Positions 32,908-41,941 of a stretch of DNA of 64,000 nucleotides are shown piece by piece. Positions within the stretch are counted from its first letter, which is position 1; each line of letters begins with the position of its first letter. The notes beneath the pieces are model-generated. The model was not told the origin of the DNA. It ran no database searches and saw only the letters and a program-made list of their open reading frames with translations. A program made the position numbers and the translations under genes. The stretch comes from an uncultured cyanobacterium (GTDB taxonomy: Bacteria > Cyanobacteriota > Cyanobacteriia > Cyanobacteriales > CAWCAG01). The stretch covers positions 544,001 to 608,000 of the forward strand of contig CAWCAG010000007.1 in the NCBI GenBank assembly GCA_963793425.1, in the 5' to 3' direction.

Positions 32908-33804
32908 ATGACTTTTAAGCCTGATCAGCCAACCAAGACCATTCTGATTTGCTCCGCTATTTTAGCAGTAGGGAGTGTTGCCTGTAGCAAGCTTGATTCC
33001 CTGCTTCCGTCTTCTCGTTCCCAAGGAACTGTTGCTCCGGTATCCTCAACTCCTCAACCTAGTCCTTCCCCCACCCTATCTCCTTCTCCTACACCTCCTT
33101 CAGCCGAAGAGGTTAAAAAAAATTACGAACGGGCTTTAGATGTTGCTGAAGGGGCAGAGGTAATAGCTAGCTCGGCTCAATCTCCTGAAGATTGGCAACT
33201 GGTGGCTAAGCGTTGGCAAAATGCGATTATTTTGTTAGAAACTGTTGACAAATCTCACCAAAGTTATCAAGATGCCCAGACAAAGCTTACTGAATACCAG
33301 AATGCTTTGAGTAATGCTACAGCAAAAGCAAAATTACCGCCTCAAGTTCAAGCCCAAAGGCCCAGAACAACTTCTATTTCTTCAGAAGATTCAGCCTCAA
33401 CGAATAATGAAGAGGTAGCTTCTTCAGAAGGAGCAGAGGGAGAAGAGAAGGAAAAGTCGAAAGATAATCGAGAAGTATATAGTGCGGCAATTAGTCGTCG
33501 CTTGAATGGCAATCCAGTTATTAGTGTGACTTTAAATGGTTCTAGTCCCGCAGAAATGTCTATATCTCCTGGAGGAGGAAGTACAGTCATTACTCAATTC
33601 ACTGCTACATCTCTCGGTATTGTGCCAGATGTGGATAAAAATGCCGCTAAAGTTAAATCAATTAATGCCGGAGGAGCGGTAGTTAATAATGTCAATGCTA
33701 CTGTCTCTCCTAGTGCTGAGGTAGGAGTTTTAGGGGGAGAATTTTTTAGTAAGTACGATGTAGAAATTAAGGATAATGTGGTGGAATTTAGAGCTAAGAG
33801 CTAA
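32908..33804 (+). CDS. Lipoprotein with helical domain and degenerate retropepsin-like C-terminal domain
   Basis: SVAC lipobox, Pro/Ser linker, EDWQLVA.RW..AI, C-terminal PVISVTLNG...GVLG.EFF. Confidence 0.75.
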   Translation: MTFKPDQPTKTILICSAILAVGSVACSKLDSLLPSSRSQGTVAPVSSTPQPSPSPTLSPSPTPPSAEEVKKNYERALDVAEGAEVIASSAQSPEDWQLVAKRWQNAIILLETVDKSHQSYQDAQTKLTEYQNALSNATAKAKLPPQVQAQRPRTTSISSEDSASTNNEEVASSEGAEGEEKEKSKDNREVYSAAISRRLNGNPVISVTLNGSSPAEMSISPGGGSTVITQFTATSLGIVPDVDKNAAKVKSINAGGAVVNNVNATVSPSAEVGVLGGEFFSKYDVEIKDNVVEFRAKS

Positions 33805-34352
33805 AGGATGAAAGAAGGTTTGAGAGAAAATAAAGAATCCCTAACCTAAAAAACTCTCATCAAAAATATACACCCAATCTTTCACAGGTTGAGTGCAATT
33901 TTTTATAGTGCTAGCTTTTTTATACGTTGGTCAGCTAGCGGCATTTATCTTTAGTACTTCTAATATAAATCATTATAGACTCACATCTATTTTGTCTTAA
34001 TATTTTCTTTATATTTGTCAAAATCACTTTCTTGCCAAAAAAATTGTCTCCAGAATTACTCAGAAGCACTTTAGTTTCTAGTCAAATCTATACTTATCCC
34101 TCTTCTGTCAGATTCCGATTTTTCCTATTATTTGAACTTCCTGGACAAATGATATACTAGGGAATGCAGAGTGCAATAATCGAATTTTGGCAATTTTGCT
34201 GCTTGCAAGAATTTTTAGGAAGAAAAAATATTGCGATCGCATACTATACAAAAGCTCCAGAATTTAGAAATGACTTTTGTTTCCGGAGATTGACAGAAGA
34301 GGGATATATTTGCGATCGCTATCAAAGTGAACCCGTAGCGGAGATTCAATAA

Positions 34353-34706
34353 CAAAAGCGTATCCAAGGTGCTTATAAGTTGGGCAAAGCTTGGACAATT
34401 CCTTTGTATCGTGGTAAGCCCAAGGTTTCCCGTGGACACAGAGGCCCTGCTCCTCGTTGGGGTAAACCCTATTCCTCCGCAGTGAAGATTATTTATGTTA
34501 ACCGCGAAGTAATTAAAAGAAACCAGAAAGAAAACGAGTTTGAACCAGTAATCAGCCTCAATCAGAGGAATCAAGCCAATATTTACGCTCACCAAGCAGA
34601 TATTAAAGGCCCTTGTCGCATAATTTACAGTCCCGATAAATCCAATAGTGGTGGAGTAAGGTTATGGCTAGAAACCTACGGGGAGGTAGAGATGATCTGC
34701 TATTGA
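34353..34706 (+). pseudogene. 5'-truncated cyanobacterial DNA-binding protein gene (N-terminal HTH missing)
   Basis: RIQGAYKLGKAWTIPL..G.P.V..G.RGP..RW...GPCRIIY.PD...RLWLET begins right after an in-frame stop. Confidence 0.55.
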
Positions 34707-34847
34707 TAGAATAATCATTCCCCGTATCTCTGGCGCTTCAAGTGAATAGGCAATCTCCATTAGTGACAAATTAAGGTTTTGTATTATTTGTCAATCTCTT
34801 TGCGGTAAGCTGATTTTTTCCTAATACTAATAAAGTGGAGGAGTTTG

Positions 34848-35054
34848 ATGGATTGGGAAACATGGGGATTGTATATCATTATTGCTATTCTTATTTCATA
34901 TTTAACAATAATGGGAATATATGCTATTGAAAATGCGAAAAATAGCCTTCAACAAGAAGCAAAGCTACAAGAATTAGAGAGCAGATTGAAGCAGTTAGAA
35001 AAGATTTCCCAGCTTACAGAAGAAGAGCCGATAAAGACAAGGAATGATGAATAA
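34848..35054 (+). CDS. Small membrane protein with coiled-coil tail
   Basis: GGAGGAG upstream; one TM helix then LQELESRLKQLE. Confidence 0.6.
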   Translation: MDWETWGLYIIIAILISYLTIMGIYAIENAKNSLQQEAKLQELESRLKQLEKISQLTEEEPIKTRNDE

Positions 35055-35346
35055 CGATGATAAACAAAATCAAGATGGAACAAACTTTAAGAAAGCGAAA
35101 AATATCCTTTCCGACGTATTGGTAATAGGTAGTCTAGTTCTAATTTTATGTGGGAAAAGCTTTTTGGGCGTTGTAATGGAAGTAATTTATTTTATTATTG
35201 CTTATATAGATTTATTTCAGAGGCGCAAGGATTATAAAAATAGAGAGTTAATTAGAATGACAAGAATAAAGCAACTTGAAGCTGAAATAGAAAACCTAGA
35301 AAAATACTGGCAAGATAAGAACAATAACAGTTCTTTGTATCTATAA
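35044..35346 (+). CDS. Small membrane protein with coiled-coil tail
   Basis: Overlaps the previous gene; two TM segments then RIKQLEAEIENLE. Confidence 0.6.
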   Translation: MMNNDDKQNQDGTNFKKAKNILSDVLVIGSLVLILCGKSFLGVVMEVIYFIIAYIDLFQRRKDYKNRELIRMTRIKQLEAEIENLEKYWQDKNNNSSLYL

Positions 35347-35347
35347 A

Positions 35348-36270
35348 CTACTCAAACTCTTGAAGTAATTCTAGTGCTTCAGGAGTACCCAATTCCTCTA
35401 GTTGCGATTGGGCAATGCCTCGAAGTTCCTCATCTTGCAAAGCTTGACGATAGAGACTCCAAACCTCAACCACTTCCCCCGAAGCATCAACCTGTCCTTG
35501 TAAGGGGACAAAAAACATCAGGTTTTCTATACCATATCTCCTATCAGATCCTGAATCGCTCTCAAATGCTTTCACTATGGTGGAAAAAGCGACAGGATTG
35601 CCTAACTTAGCTAAAAAGCCTGCTGCTTCTGCGGCAACATATTCCCTCTCTGGATCGAATTGGGATACGCTTTCAAGTATGGGGATGCCAGATTGGTCTC
35701 CTAATTGGGATAATCCATAAGCTGAGACAATTCGAGCATAGTAGTTAGGATAATCATCGGCAGGCTCATTAAGGGATCTGTCATCACTAAGACCCTTGCG
35801 AAATAGCTCTGCATCTCGTGGTTCAGGATTAGATGCTAGTAGATATAAAGCCTCATTACGAATGGAAGGGTGTATGTATTGTGCTGCTACTCGCCACTCA
35901 TCTTTGGTTGTACCAAAACCATAGTATTCCAACATGGTTTTAGCGTAAATAACTTTTTTTGTGAATAGGCTGCTTCTCGTTCTAAATCAGTGATTGGACC
36001 TAATACGTCAGGGAGCAAACACTCATAAGAAATAGATGAGCCTGAAGGTATTAAAAAACATTGCGCTAGTCTTTCTAGTCTTTCTATGGGGGTTTCTGTA
36101 TAGGGATTAGGTGTTCTAGTAAAAGTTGTTGTTGTTGGTTCAGCTTTTGCTGGGTTGCTTTCTACAAAAGCACAGACGATTAATAAGGAAATAATTAAAC
36201 TAGAAACAAAGTTTTTTTGGTTTAACTTTAGACCAAGTTTTATAGAAAGTTCGCTTTGGCTAGTTGACAT
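35348..36270 (-). CDS. Exported HEAT-repeat protein split in two frames at an A7 run (35954-35960)
   Basis: ORF 35887-36270 has a signal peptide; ORF 35348-35935 has HEAT-like repeats; a -1 shift at CAA AAA AAG joins them. Confidence 0.6.
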
Positions 36271-36344
36271 ATAAATTCTTCAGTCTCAAATGTCTATAAA
36301 ACTGTGTTAATTCTATAGAGTAAAAAGCCATATATCAATTATGG

Positions 36345-37193
36345 TTAGTCCCCATCATCGGATGAGTTTGAAGAACTTTTCTCCTTATCTTGCTCACGTA
36401 AGAGAAACCTGGTGGTATAGGGGTAATCCATACCTAATTTGACCTCTGATAAATCCTTTTTCAGCAAAACCTCTTCCAGGTTTTCGTAGTCAACCTCACC
36501 TCGGTTATCATCTATTGAATCTATACCTAACCAAGTCTCAAAGGATTCCCCATTAGCTGTAAAACTACGGCTACCTAAAGCAGCAATAATAAAAACATCA
36601 TCAAACATACTCTCAAACCTTCCTGTGCGATGAGAGTAACCTACATATTTACTAGCTATATAAGTAACAGGAACATTTTTGATCAGTACTTCTGTTTGAG
36701 CTGGCAAGAAAACAGCATAGCAACTTTCACCGGAACCTCCACTAAGTTCGCTGACGATAGCATTGCCTTGACCACCGTAGCGATACACAGATACCTTATC
36801 GTAATCTAGCGGTATTTTCCAAGAACCGACTTCTGAACCATAGATTCTGGGGAAGAAAAACCACTGAGAATGATTAAAATCATTGCGAAATTTAATATCG
36901 AGTTTCAAAACAAAACGATGAGGTCTTCCTCCTATTACATGATCCAGTACTACCTCAATAGATGGTGGAACATATTCTCTAGGTCTATTCTGAAGTAAAT
37001 CAGGAGAAATAAATAGCTCATCGGGAGAAAAACGGAACTTTTCCATATCTAGAACTTCTATAGAGTTGCCGACCTGTTCTTGCTGTGAGAGAAATTCTTT
37101 CTCCTCCGCATTTACAGGTTCATACAACCATAATATACAGGCTGTGACTAGAAGGAAGACACTTGTTTTAATTGATTTCCTAGCATATTTCAT
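36345..37193 (-). CDS. Hypothetical exported protein
   Basis: N-terminal signal peptide ending in VNA; no family recognised. Confidence 0.7.
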   Translation of the reverse strand: MKYARKSIKTSVFLLVTACILWLYEPVNAEEKEFLSQQEQVGNSIEVLDMEKFRFSPDELFISPDLLQNRPREYVPPSIEVVLDHVIGGRPHRFVLKLDIKFRNDFNHSQWFFFPRIYGSEVGSWKIPLDYDKVSVYRYGGQGNAIVSELSGGSGESCYAVFLPAQTEVLIKNVPVTYIASKYVGYSHRTGRFESMFDDVFIIAALGSRSFTANGESFETWLGIDSIDDNRGEVDYENLEEVLLKKDLSEVKLGMDYPYTTRFLLREQDKEKSSSNSSDDGD

Positions 37194-37267
37194 AATTAAG
37201 TAACTTTATTCTTTAAACTATCAACAACATAGCAAGCTAGACCAAGTTGTAACAGAAAACTTGACCC

Positions 37268-38350
37268 TCAAATAGCAGAAGAAAAGTTAGGTGGCAGGAC
37301 AAAACTCCCTGCTCTTCTAACCATCTCAGCATCTAACTTACGACCGCTATCAAGATGAAGACCAGGACGCAAAATATCTCCACTAAGGGGATGTCTGTAG
37401 GGAGAAGCAGACAAAATGTCTTCTACCGATATCTTGTTAGGAAAGACAGTATCATGGCCGTCTACATCTATGTGAGGGACAAAAACTCCCCTCACATATT
37501 GTTCTACCTCTTCTCTGAATTCCTCTGGTTCATATCTATCTTTAAATCTGTCCCAATTATCCTCATATACTTGATCTACAAGTCTAGCTATTTCTTCTCT
37601 ATCTGCGTCACTCTGGTCTTGGTTATATGCTTTTACCATTTCTTCCAACATTCCTTCTTCTGTCACATTTACTATCCCAAAACCTGACCATAGTTGCTCG
37701 CCCTTTAGCGTTTTTCCAACATAAAGAGAATGTTCCCCGGCAAAGTTCGAGCCAGGATGTTTGAGAAGATATTTTGGATAATTGCCAAAATAATACCACT
37801 CACCTACTTGAATATTCTGACGCGCCCCCACAGTATTTCCAGCCTTGCCCGGCTCTTCTGCTACTTCAGTGGGAATCAAATAACTAGCCAAAGGCGAATC
37901 TTCCAAATCCCTTGCAGCGATACGCAATCGACGCTCTTTAGCAATCTCTTTAGTTGTTGAGCCAAATATTTCATCGAATCGCTCATTTCCAACCGCAGCG
38001 CGTATTGTGTCATACTGGATTGCTTGAATAGTTGTATTACAATCAGCAATTGTTAAACCTTCTAGCCATGCCTGAATCCCTTCCGAGGCGCTTTTTCCTT
38101 CTCTCAGAATCCAGTCTAAAAAGTCTATGCGCTCAAAATAATCTGGGTTAGCATAGCCATTCCTGTAATCATCTTGCCATTCATAACCTTCTATATCCAT
38201 CTCTGCTCTGAGTTGATAAATATGGTTATAATGTATGCCAGAGTCTGGTCTTGATGTTTCTGTTACGTCAGGAAAGTTAGCTTGCTCCATCCCTTCAACA
38301 ACACGAGGTAACATTTCCTCTTCAGTGGCGGCAATTTCCGGGCCAGTTGC
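37268..38350 (-). CDS. Tgl-like transglutaminase-fold domain, putative toxin/effector, probably 5'-truncated
   Basis: SASEGI...ADCNTT...VGNERFDEIF, GEWYYFGN and AGEHSLYVG...GFG parallel Bacillus Tgl motifs. Confidence 0.6.
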   Translation of the reverse strand, partial: ATGPEIAATEEEMLPRVVEGMEQANFPDVTETSRPDSGIHYNHIYQLRAEMDIEGYEWQDDYRNGYANPDYFERIDFLDWILREGKSASEGIQAWLEGLTIADCNTTIQAIQYDTIRAAVGNERFDEIFGSTTKEIAKERRLRIAARDLEDSPLASYLIPTEVAEEPGKAGNTVGARQNIQVGEWYYFGNYPKYLLKHPGSNFAGEHSLYVGKTLKGEQLWSGFGIVNVTEEGMLEEMVKAYNQDQSDADREEIARLVDQVYEDNWDRFKDRYEPEEFREEVEQYVRGVFVPHIDVDGHDTVFPNKISVEDILSASPYRHPLSGDILRPGLHLDSGRKLDAEMVRRAGSFVLPPNFSSAI

Positions 38351-39512
38351 TAGCCCGAAGCAAGCATCTTTATACCAATTTTTAGCTGAATGCCGTACTC
38401 CTTTGATCATCAGTACTTCCGAAGGCTTACCTTTTACCCAACGTCAAAAGGCTAGCTGGGAAATCCCCGACTTAACTTTCACAGAAAGAAAAGCGGTTTG
38501 GTTAGAAAATTTAGGCGATACCTACGGTGGGCTTTGCCTACGCGCCTCTTCACTTAATGGACAACTTGATATCATTGCCCATAGCTTTTCCCTTCCTCCT
38601 CAAAGTATTGCTGCCATTTGCCAACAAAATCTGCCCAAAGAATCCTCAACAGATTTAACCAACCACCTCTGGCAAATTTGTCGTCTCCACGCCCGTACCC
38701 AATTGGAGGCCCTGGCTAAACGAGTGGAAACTTCCCTTACTTGGAATGACCTCATCTTACCCGATGAGTGCTTAAAAACTCTGAAGCAGATTGTCACCAC
38801 CACACGGAATCGCTTTCTTGTTTATCATCAAGGGGGCTTTGCCTCTAAATATAACCGTGGCTTGGGAATCTGCGCCCTTTTTAGTGGGCAAAGTGGTACA
38901 GGAAAAACTACGGCGGCGGAGATTATTGCTAAAGAATTAAATTTAGATTGCTACCTGGTTGATCTCAGTCAAATTGTCAGTAAATATATTGGTGAAACCG
39001 AGAAAAATCTCAAACAAATTTTTGATGCTGCCCAAGGGGGTAATGCTGTGCTTTTGTTTGATGAAGCTGATGCTTTATTTGGTAAACGAGGAGAGGTAAA
39101 AGATGCCCGCGATCGCTATGCTAACCAAGAAGTGAGTTATTTATTACAACGGATAGAAACTTATCCAGGGTTAGCTATTTTAACCACTAATCTCAAAGAT
39201 TCCATTGATCCAGCCTTCCAAAGACGATTAAAATTTGTCCTGGATTTCCCCTTTCCTACCAGACAACAACGCCAACAAATTTGGCAACAAGCTTTTCCTC
39301 CTCAAACTTCTACCCAAGGACTTAGTTATCAGCGTTTGGCTCAATTAAGCGTTACCGGAGGAGAGATTGCTAATATCGCTTTAGATGCAGCCTTCCGTGC
39401 AGTTGCAGCAGGAGAATTAGTGCAGATGAAGCACTTGCTACAGGCGGCAAGGGCTGATGCTAAACGTACAACTCGACATATGAGTAGTCAAGAAACAGAA
39501 CGCTGGGTATGA
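38350..39512 (+). pseudogene. AAA ATPase of Afp15/Pvc15 (eCIS) type, N-terminally truncated
   Basis: LTWNDLILP, GQSGTGKT, VVSKYIGETEKNL-type motif (IVSKYIGETEKNL), LLFDEADALFGKR.EVKDARDRYAN.EVSYLLQR, GGEIANIA. Confidence 0.75.
38520..38540. repeat. 21-nt insertion inside a HIP1 site (SDR5-like)
   Basis: GCGAT[ACCTACGGTGGGCTTTGCCTA]CGC; removing it restores GCGATCGC and keeps the frame. Confidence 0.75.
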
Positions 39513-39649
39513 TATAGCAATACTAGAGTGAGATGTAAACACAATTCTCGGTGAAAGGGTTGGCGTTTCGCGAATGCGTTGCCGTAGGCTAGCCTTGCCG
39601 TTAGGCTACGAGGAAAAGTAGAATTTACAATTCAATTGGAATCGCTATA
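39513..39649. repeat. TATAGC...GCTATA-bounded MITE-like repeat
   Basis: Imperfect terminal inverted repeats TATAGCAAT / ATCGCTATA, inner TGTAAA / TTTACA, GC-rich core. Confidence 0.6.
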
Positions 39650-39657
39650 GGTATTAA

Positions 39658-40866
39658 TTAAACAAACTTGTGGGTAAACTCGCTAATTAAATCAATTCTG
39701 CCCTTTCTTAATAAAGCCGGGTCTAATCTTTCTGTAGTATTACAAGTTAGCAACACCACTAATTTTTGTTGAGATTTAGTACCTTCTTCATCTATTACGC
39801 TTTGATATAAAGTTCCGTCTAATAAACTCAGAATATGTTCTGTTTTGTTACTACGTTGAGCTATTTCAGAAGTCCGATCTTGAGCTAAGTTATCTGCTTC
39901 ATTAACAATAATACAAATGCGCTCTAAATAACTAGGAGGAACGAAATTTTCTATGGCATCGTGGTCTAAGATAAAAATGACATAACCTAAAGGCATTAAT
40001 ATCTCTTTAGCTACTGCTTGAGTCCAAGCTGTTTTACCTGTACCAGGCTTACCATGAACTAACACAGCTAATTGAGGACAATCTAAAATTGCTTGCTGGA
40101 CAACATCACTAAAACTTTGAATTTCCCCAGGAAAAGAACTAATAGCATATTGGCTATTTACCTGTCCGACTCTGCTTTGATAACCACTTAACATTACAGC
40201 TAAATTGTAAGTAGCTTTGTTAACTAAAGGAGTAAGGTTATCTGCCATTAAAGTATAATTTTTCTTTCCTCTTTCAGTAATATTAATTTCTAGCCAAACT
40301 TGGTGTTTTGACCAATAGGCATGAAGTACACCAATGATTTCTAACTGTTCCCAACTTTGGAAGCGGCTAGGAGGATAATAAAAACAGCGTTGTTGATAAT
40401 TTTGAGTGATTAAATCTGGAACTCCCAAAAAATCAACTAACCGAAAAATAGTAATTTCTTGCAATCGTTTGAGAAGATAGTCTAAAGGAATGCGATCGCG
40501 GCTAACTTCTTGAGTTACAGGACTTTCTACCTTGATAACTTCTTTGGTGGTGCGACTGTTAGGATTTAAAGTTTCTGGGGTAATATATTCCCAAAATTCA
40601 TCAACTTCATAGCGAATATCTTCTCCAAATAGGTTTAAAACATTTGCCCACCAAGCATACTCATTTCGACCAAGAGCATTAGCAAGATCGCTAGTTATAT
40701 CTAAGGTTGCTTCTACTAATTTTTCTCCGTCATTAGTAACTAAATGCCAGAAAAAATCCCAGTTAAACTCCCTTTCCAAAGGTCGCCAACCATTACCAAG
40801 CAATCCTTTTTTCCTGTGATAAGGAGATTTTTCCTCATCTTTAGACCAAAAAGAAAATGAAGACAT
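39658..40866 (-). CDS. AAA family ATPase with uncharacterised N-terminal domain
   Basis: Walker A GKPGTGKT, Walker B IIVNE, TCN and LDPALLRKGRID. Confidence 0.85.
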   Translation of the reverse strand: MSSFSFWSKDEEKSPYHRKKGLLGNGWRPLEREFNWDFFWHLVTNDGEKLVEATLDITSDLANALGRNEYAWWANVLNLFGEDIRYEVDEFWEYITPETLNPNSRTTKEVIKVESPVTQEVSRDRIPLDYLLKRLQEITIFRLVDFLGVPDLITQNYQQRCFYYPPSRFQSWEQLEIIGVLHAYWSKHQVWLEINITERGKKNYTLMADNLTPLVNKATYNLAVMLSGYQSRVGQVNSQYAISSFPGEIQSFSDVVQQAILDCPQLAVLVHGKPGTGKTAWTQAVAKEILMPLGYVIFILDHDAIENFVPPSYLERICIIVNEADNLAQDRTSEIAQRSNKTEHILSLLDGTLYQSVIDEEGTKSQQKLVVLLTCNTTERLDPALLRKGRIDLISEFTHKFV

Positions 40867-40887
40867 TGTATCTATAAAAGTGTTAAA

Positions 40888-41091
40888 TTAATTTAATTGC
40901 TTATCTGAGAAGAAATCTGCTAATTCTTGTAAATATTGTGGTGGAACTTCATCTACTAACCATACGCCATTGTCAGAACAGAAAAACTTATACCCATCTT
41001 CAGACATTTTAACCGTATCAATCTGCAAAACCAGAGGTTTCCCTCGTCTTTTGCCAACAATTTTTGCTGTATTAATATCAGCAGATAGATG
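40888..41091 (-). pseudogene. kptA: C-terminal fragment of RNA 2'-phosphotransferase (KptA/Tpt1)
   Basis: Manual translation HLSADINTAKIVGKRRGKPLVLQIDT.KM..DGYKFFCSDNGVWLVDEVPPQYL; no N-terminal half and no start. Confidence 0.8.
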
Positions 41092-41316
41092 TAAAAGAAG
41101 AGGATTGAAACGGCAAGGGAATTTTTTTATCGTAGCTAATTTTTAAGCAAAGCTATAGAAAAGTATCTTTCAATGTATTACACATATAATACATAAAATT
41201 ATGCCAACGAGGGTAAAACTTTTAATTATCTGCGAACAAGTCAAACATCCTAAGATGGTATTAAGAAGTGTCGTTAAGCTCTTGCAAGCTATCTGTTTTA
41301 AAATTTGAGGGTCTAA

Positions 41317-41784
41317 ATGGGGAAAAATACAGAAGGATTTAAAGTCATCGCTGATAACCGTCAAGCCCGTTATCTCTATGAAATCCTGGAAACCTACGAA
41401 GCAGGAATTCAACTGACAGGGACGGAAGTAAAAGCTATTCGGGAAGGCAGAATTAATCTCAGAGATGCTTACGGGTTGATGCGAGACGGAGAAGCTTGGC
41501 TTTTGAACCTTTATATTGGCCCCTATCAAGCTAGCGGTGAATATTTTAACCATGATCCTCGCCGCACTCGCAAACTCTTGTTACATCGCAAACAAATTAA
41601 CAAACTAGTTGGGCAAATACAACAAAAAGGTTTAACTCTAGTACCTTTAAAGATGTATTTCAAAGGGGACTGGATCAAGGTGGCTTTGGGTTTAGGTAAA
41701 GGTAAAAAAGTCCACGACAAACGAGAAACTGTTAAGCGTAGACAAGATCAGAGGGATATGGAAAGGGCGATAAAGCGTTATTAA
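41317..41784 (+). CDS. smpB: SsrA-binding protein
   Basis: NRQAR..YE...YEAGI.L.GTEVK, RKLLLH and GKK.HDKRE motifs. Confidence 0.98.
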   Translation: MGKNTEGFKVIADNRQARYLYEILETYEAGIQLTGTEVKAIREGRINLRDAYGLMRDGEAWLLNLYIGPYQASGEYFNHDPRRTRKLLLHRKQINKLVGQIQQKGLTLVPLKMYFKGDWIKVALGLGKGKKVHDKRETVKRRQDQRDMERAIKRY

Positions 41785-41941
41785 GTTAGGGTTTTCTTTG
41801 AGGACAGGAGCATGAATTGAGAAAGGGGGGAATTTTGCGATCGCCTCTAAATGGATTTTGATTAGGAGAGGATTTATTAGAAGAAGGGTTTGTTTGACAA
41901 ATCGGCAATTTTGTGAAACAAATCACCTCTTACCGTTATCG

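Noticed and set aside
34164..34352. 62-aa ORF in frame with the downstream truncated DNA-binding gene (possible read-through)
   Set aside because: Does not resemble the HTH expected at the N-terminus of that family; no support for read-through
34330..39100. Absence of intact HIP1 sites as evidence of foreign origin
   Set aside because: Gaps of similar length occur in core regions of this window, so it is not discriminating
41101..41112. GTTTCAATCC on the minus strand resembles the start of a cyanobacterial CRISPR repeat
   Set aside because: Only about 10 nt, single copy, no spacers and no cas genes in the window
41170..41553. 127-aa minus-strand ORF
   Set aside because: Antisense to smpB with no recognisable motifs
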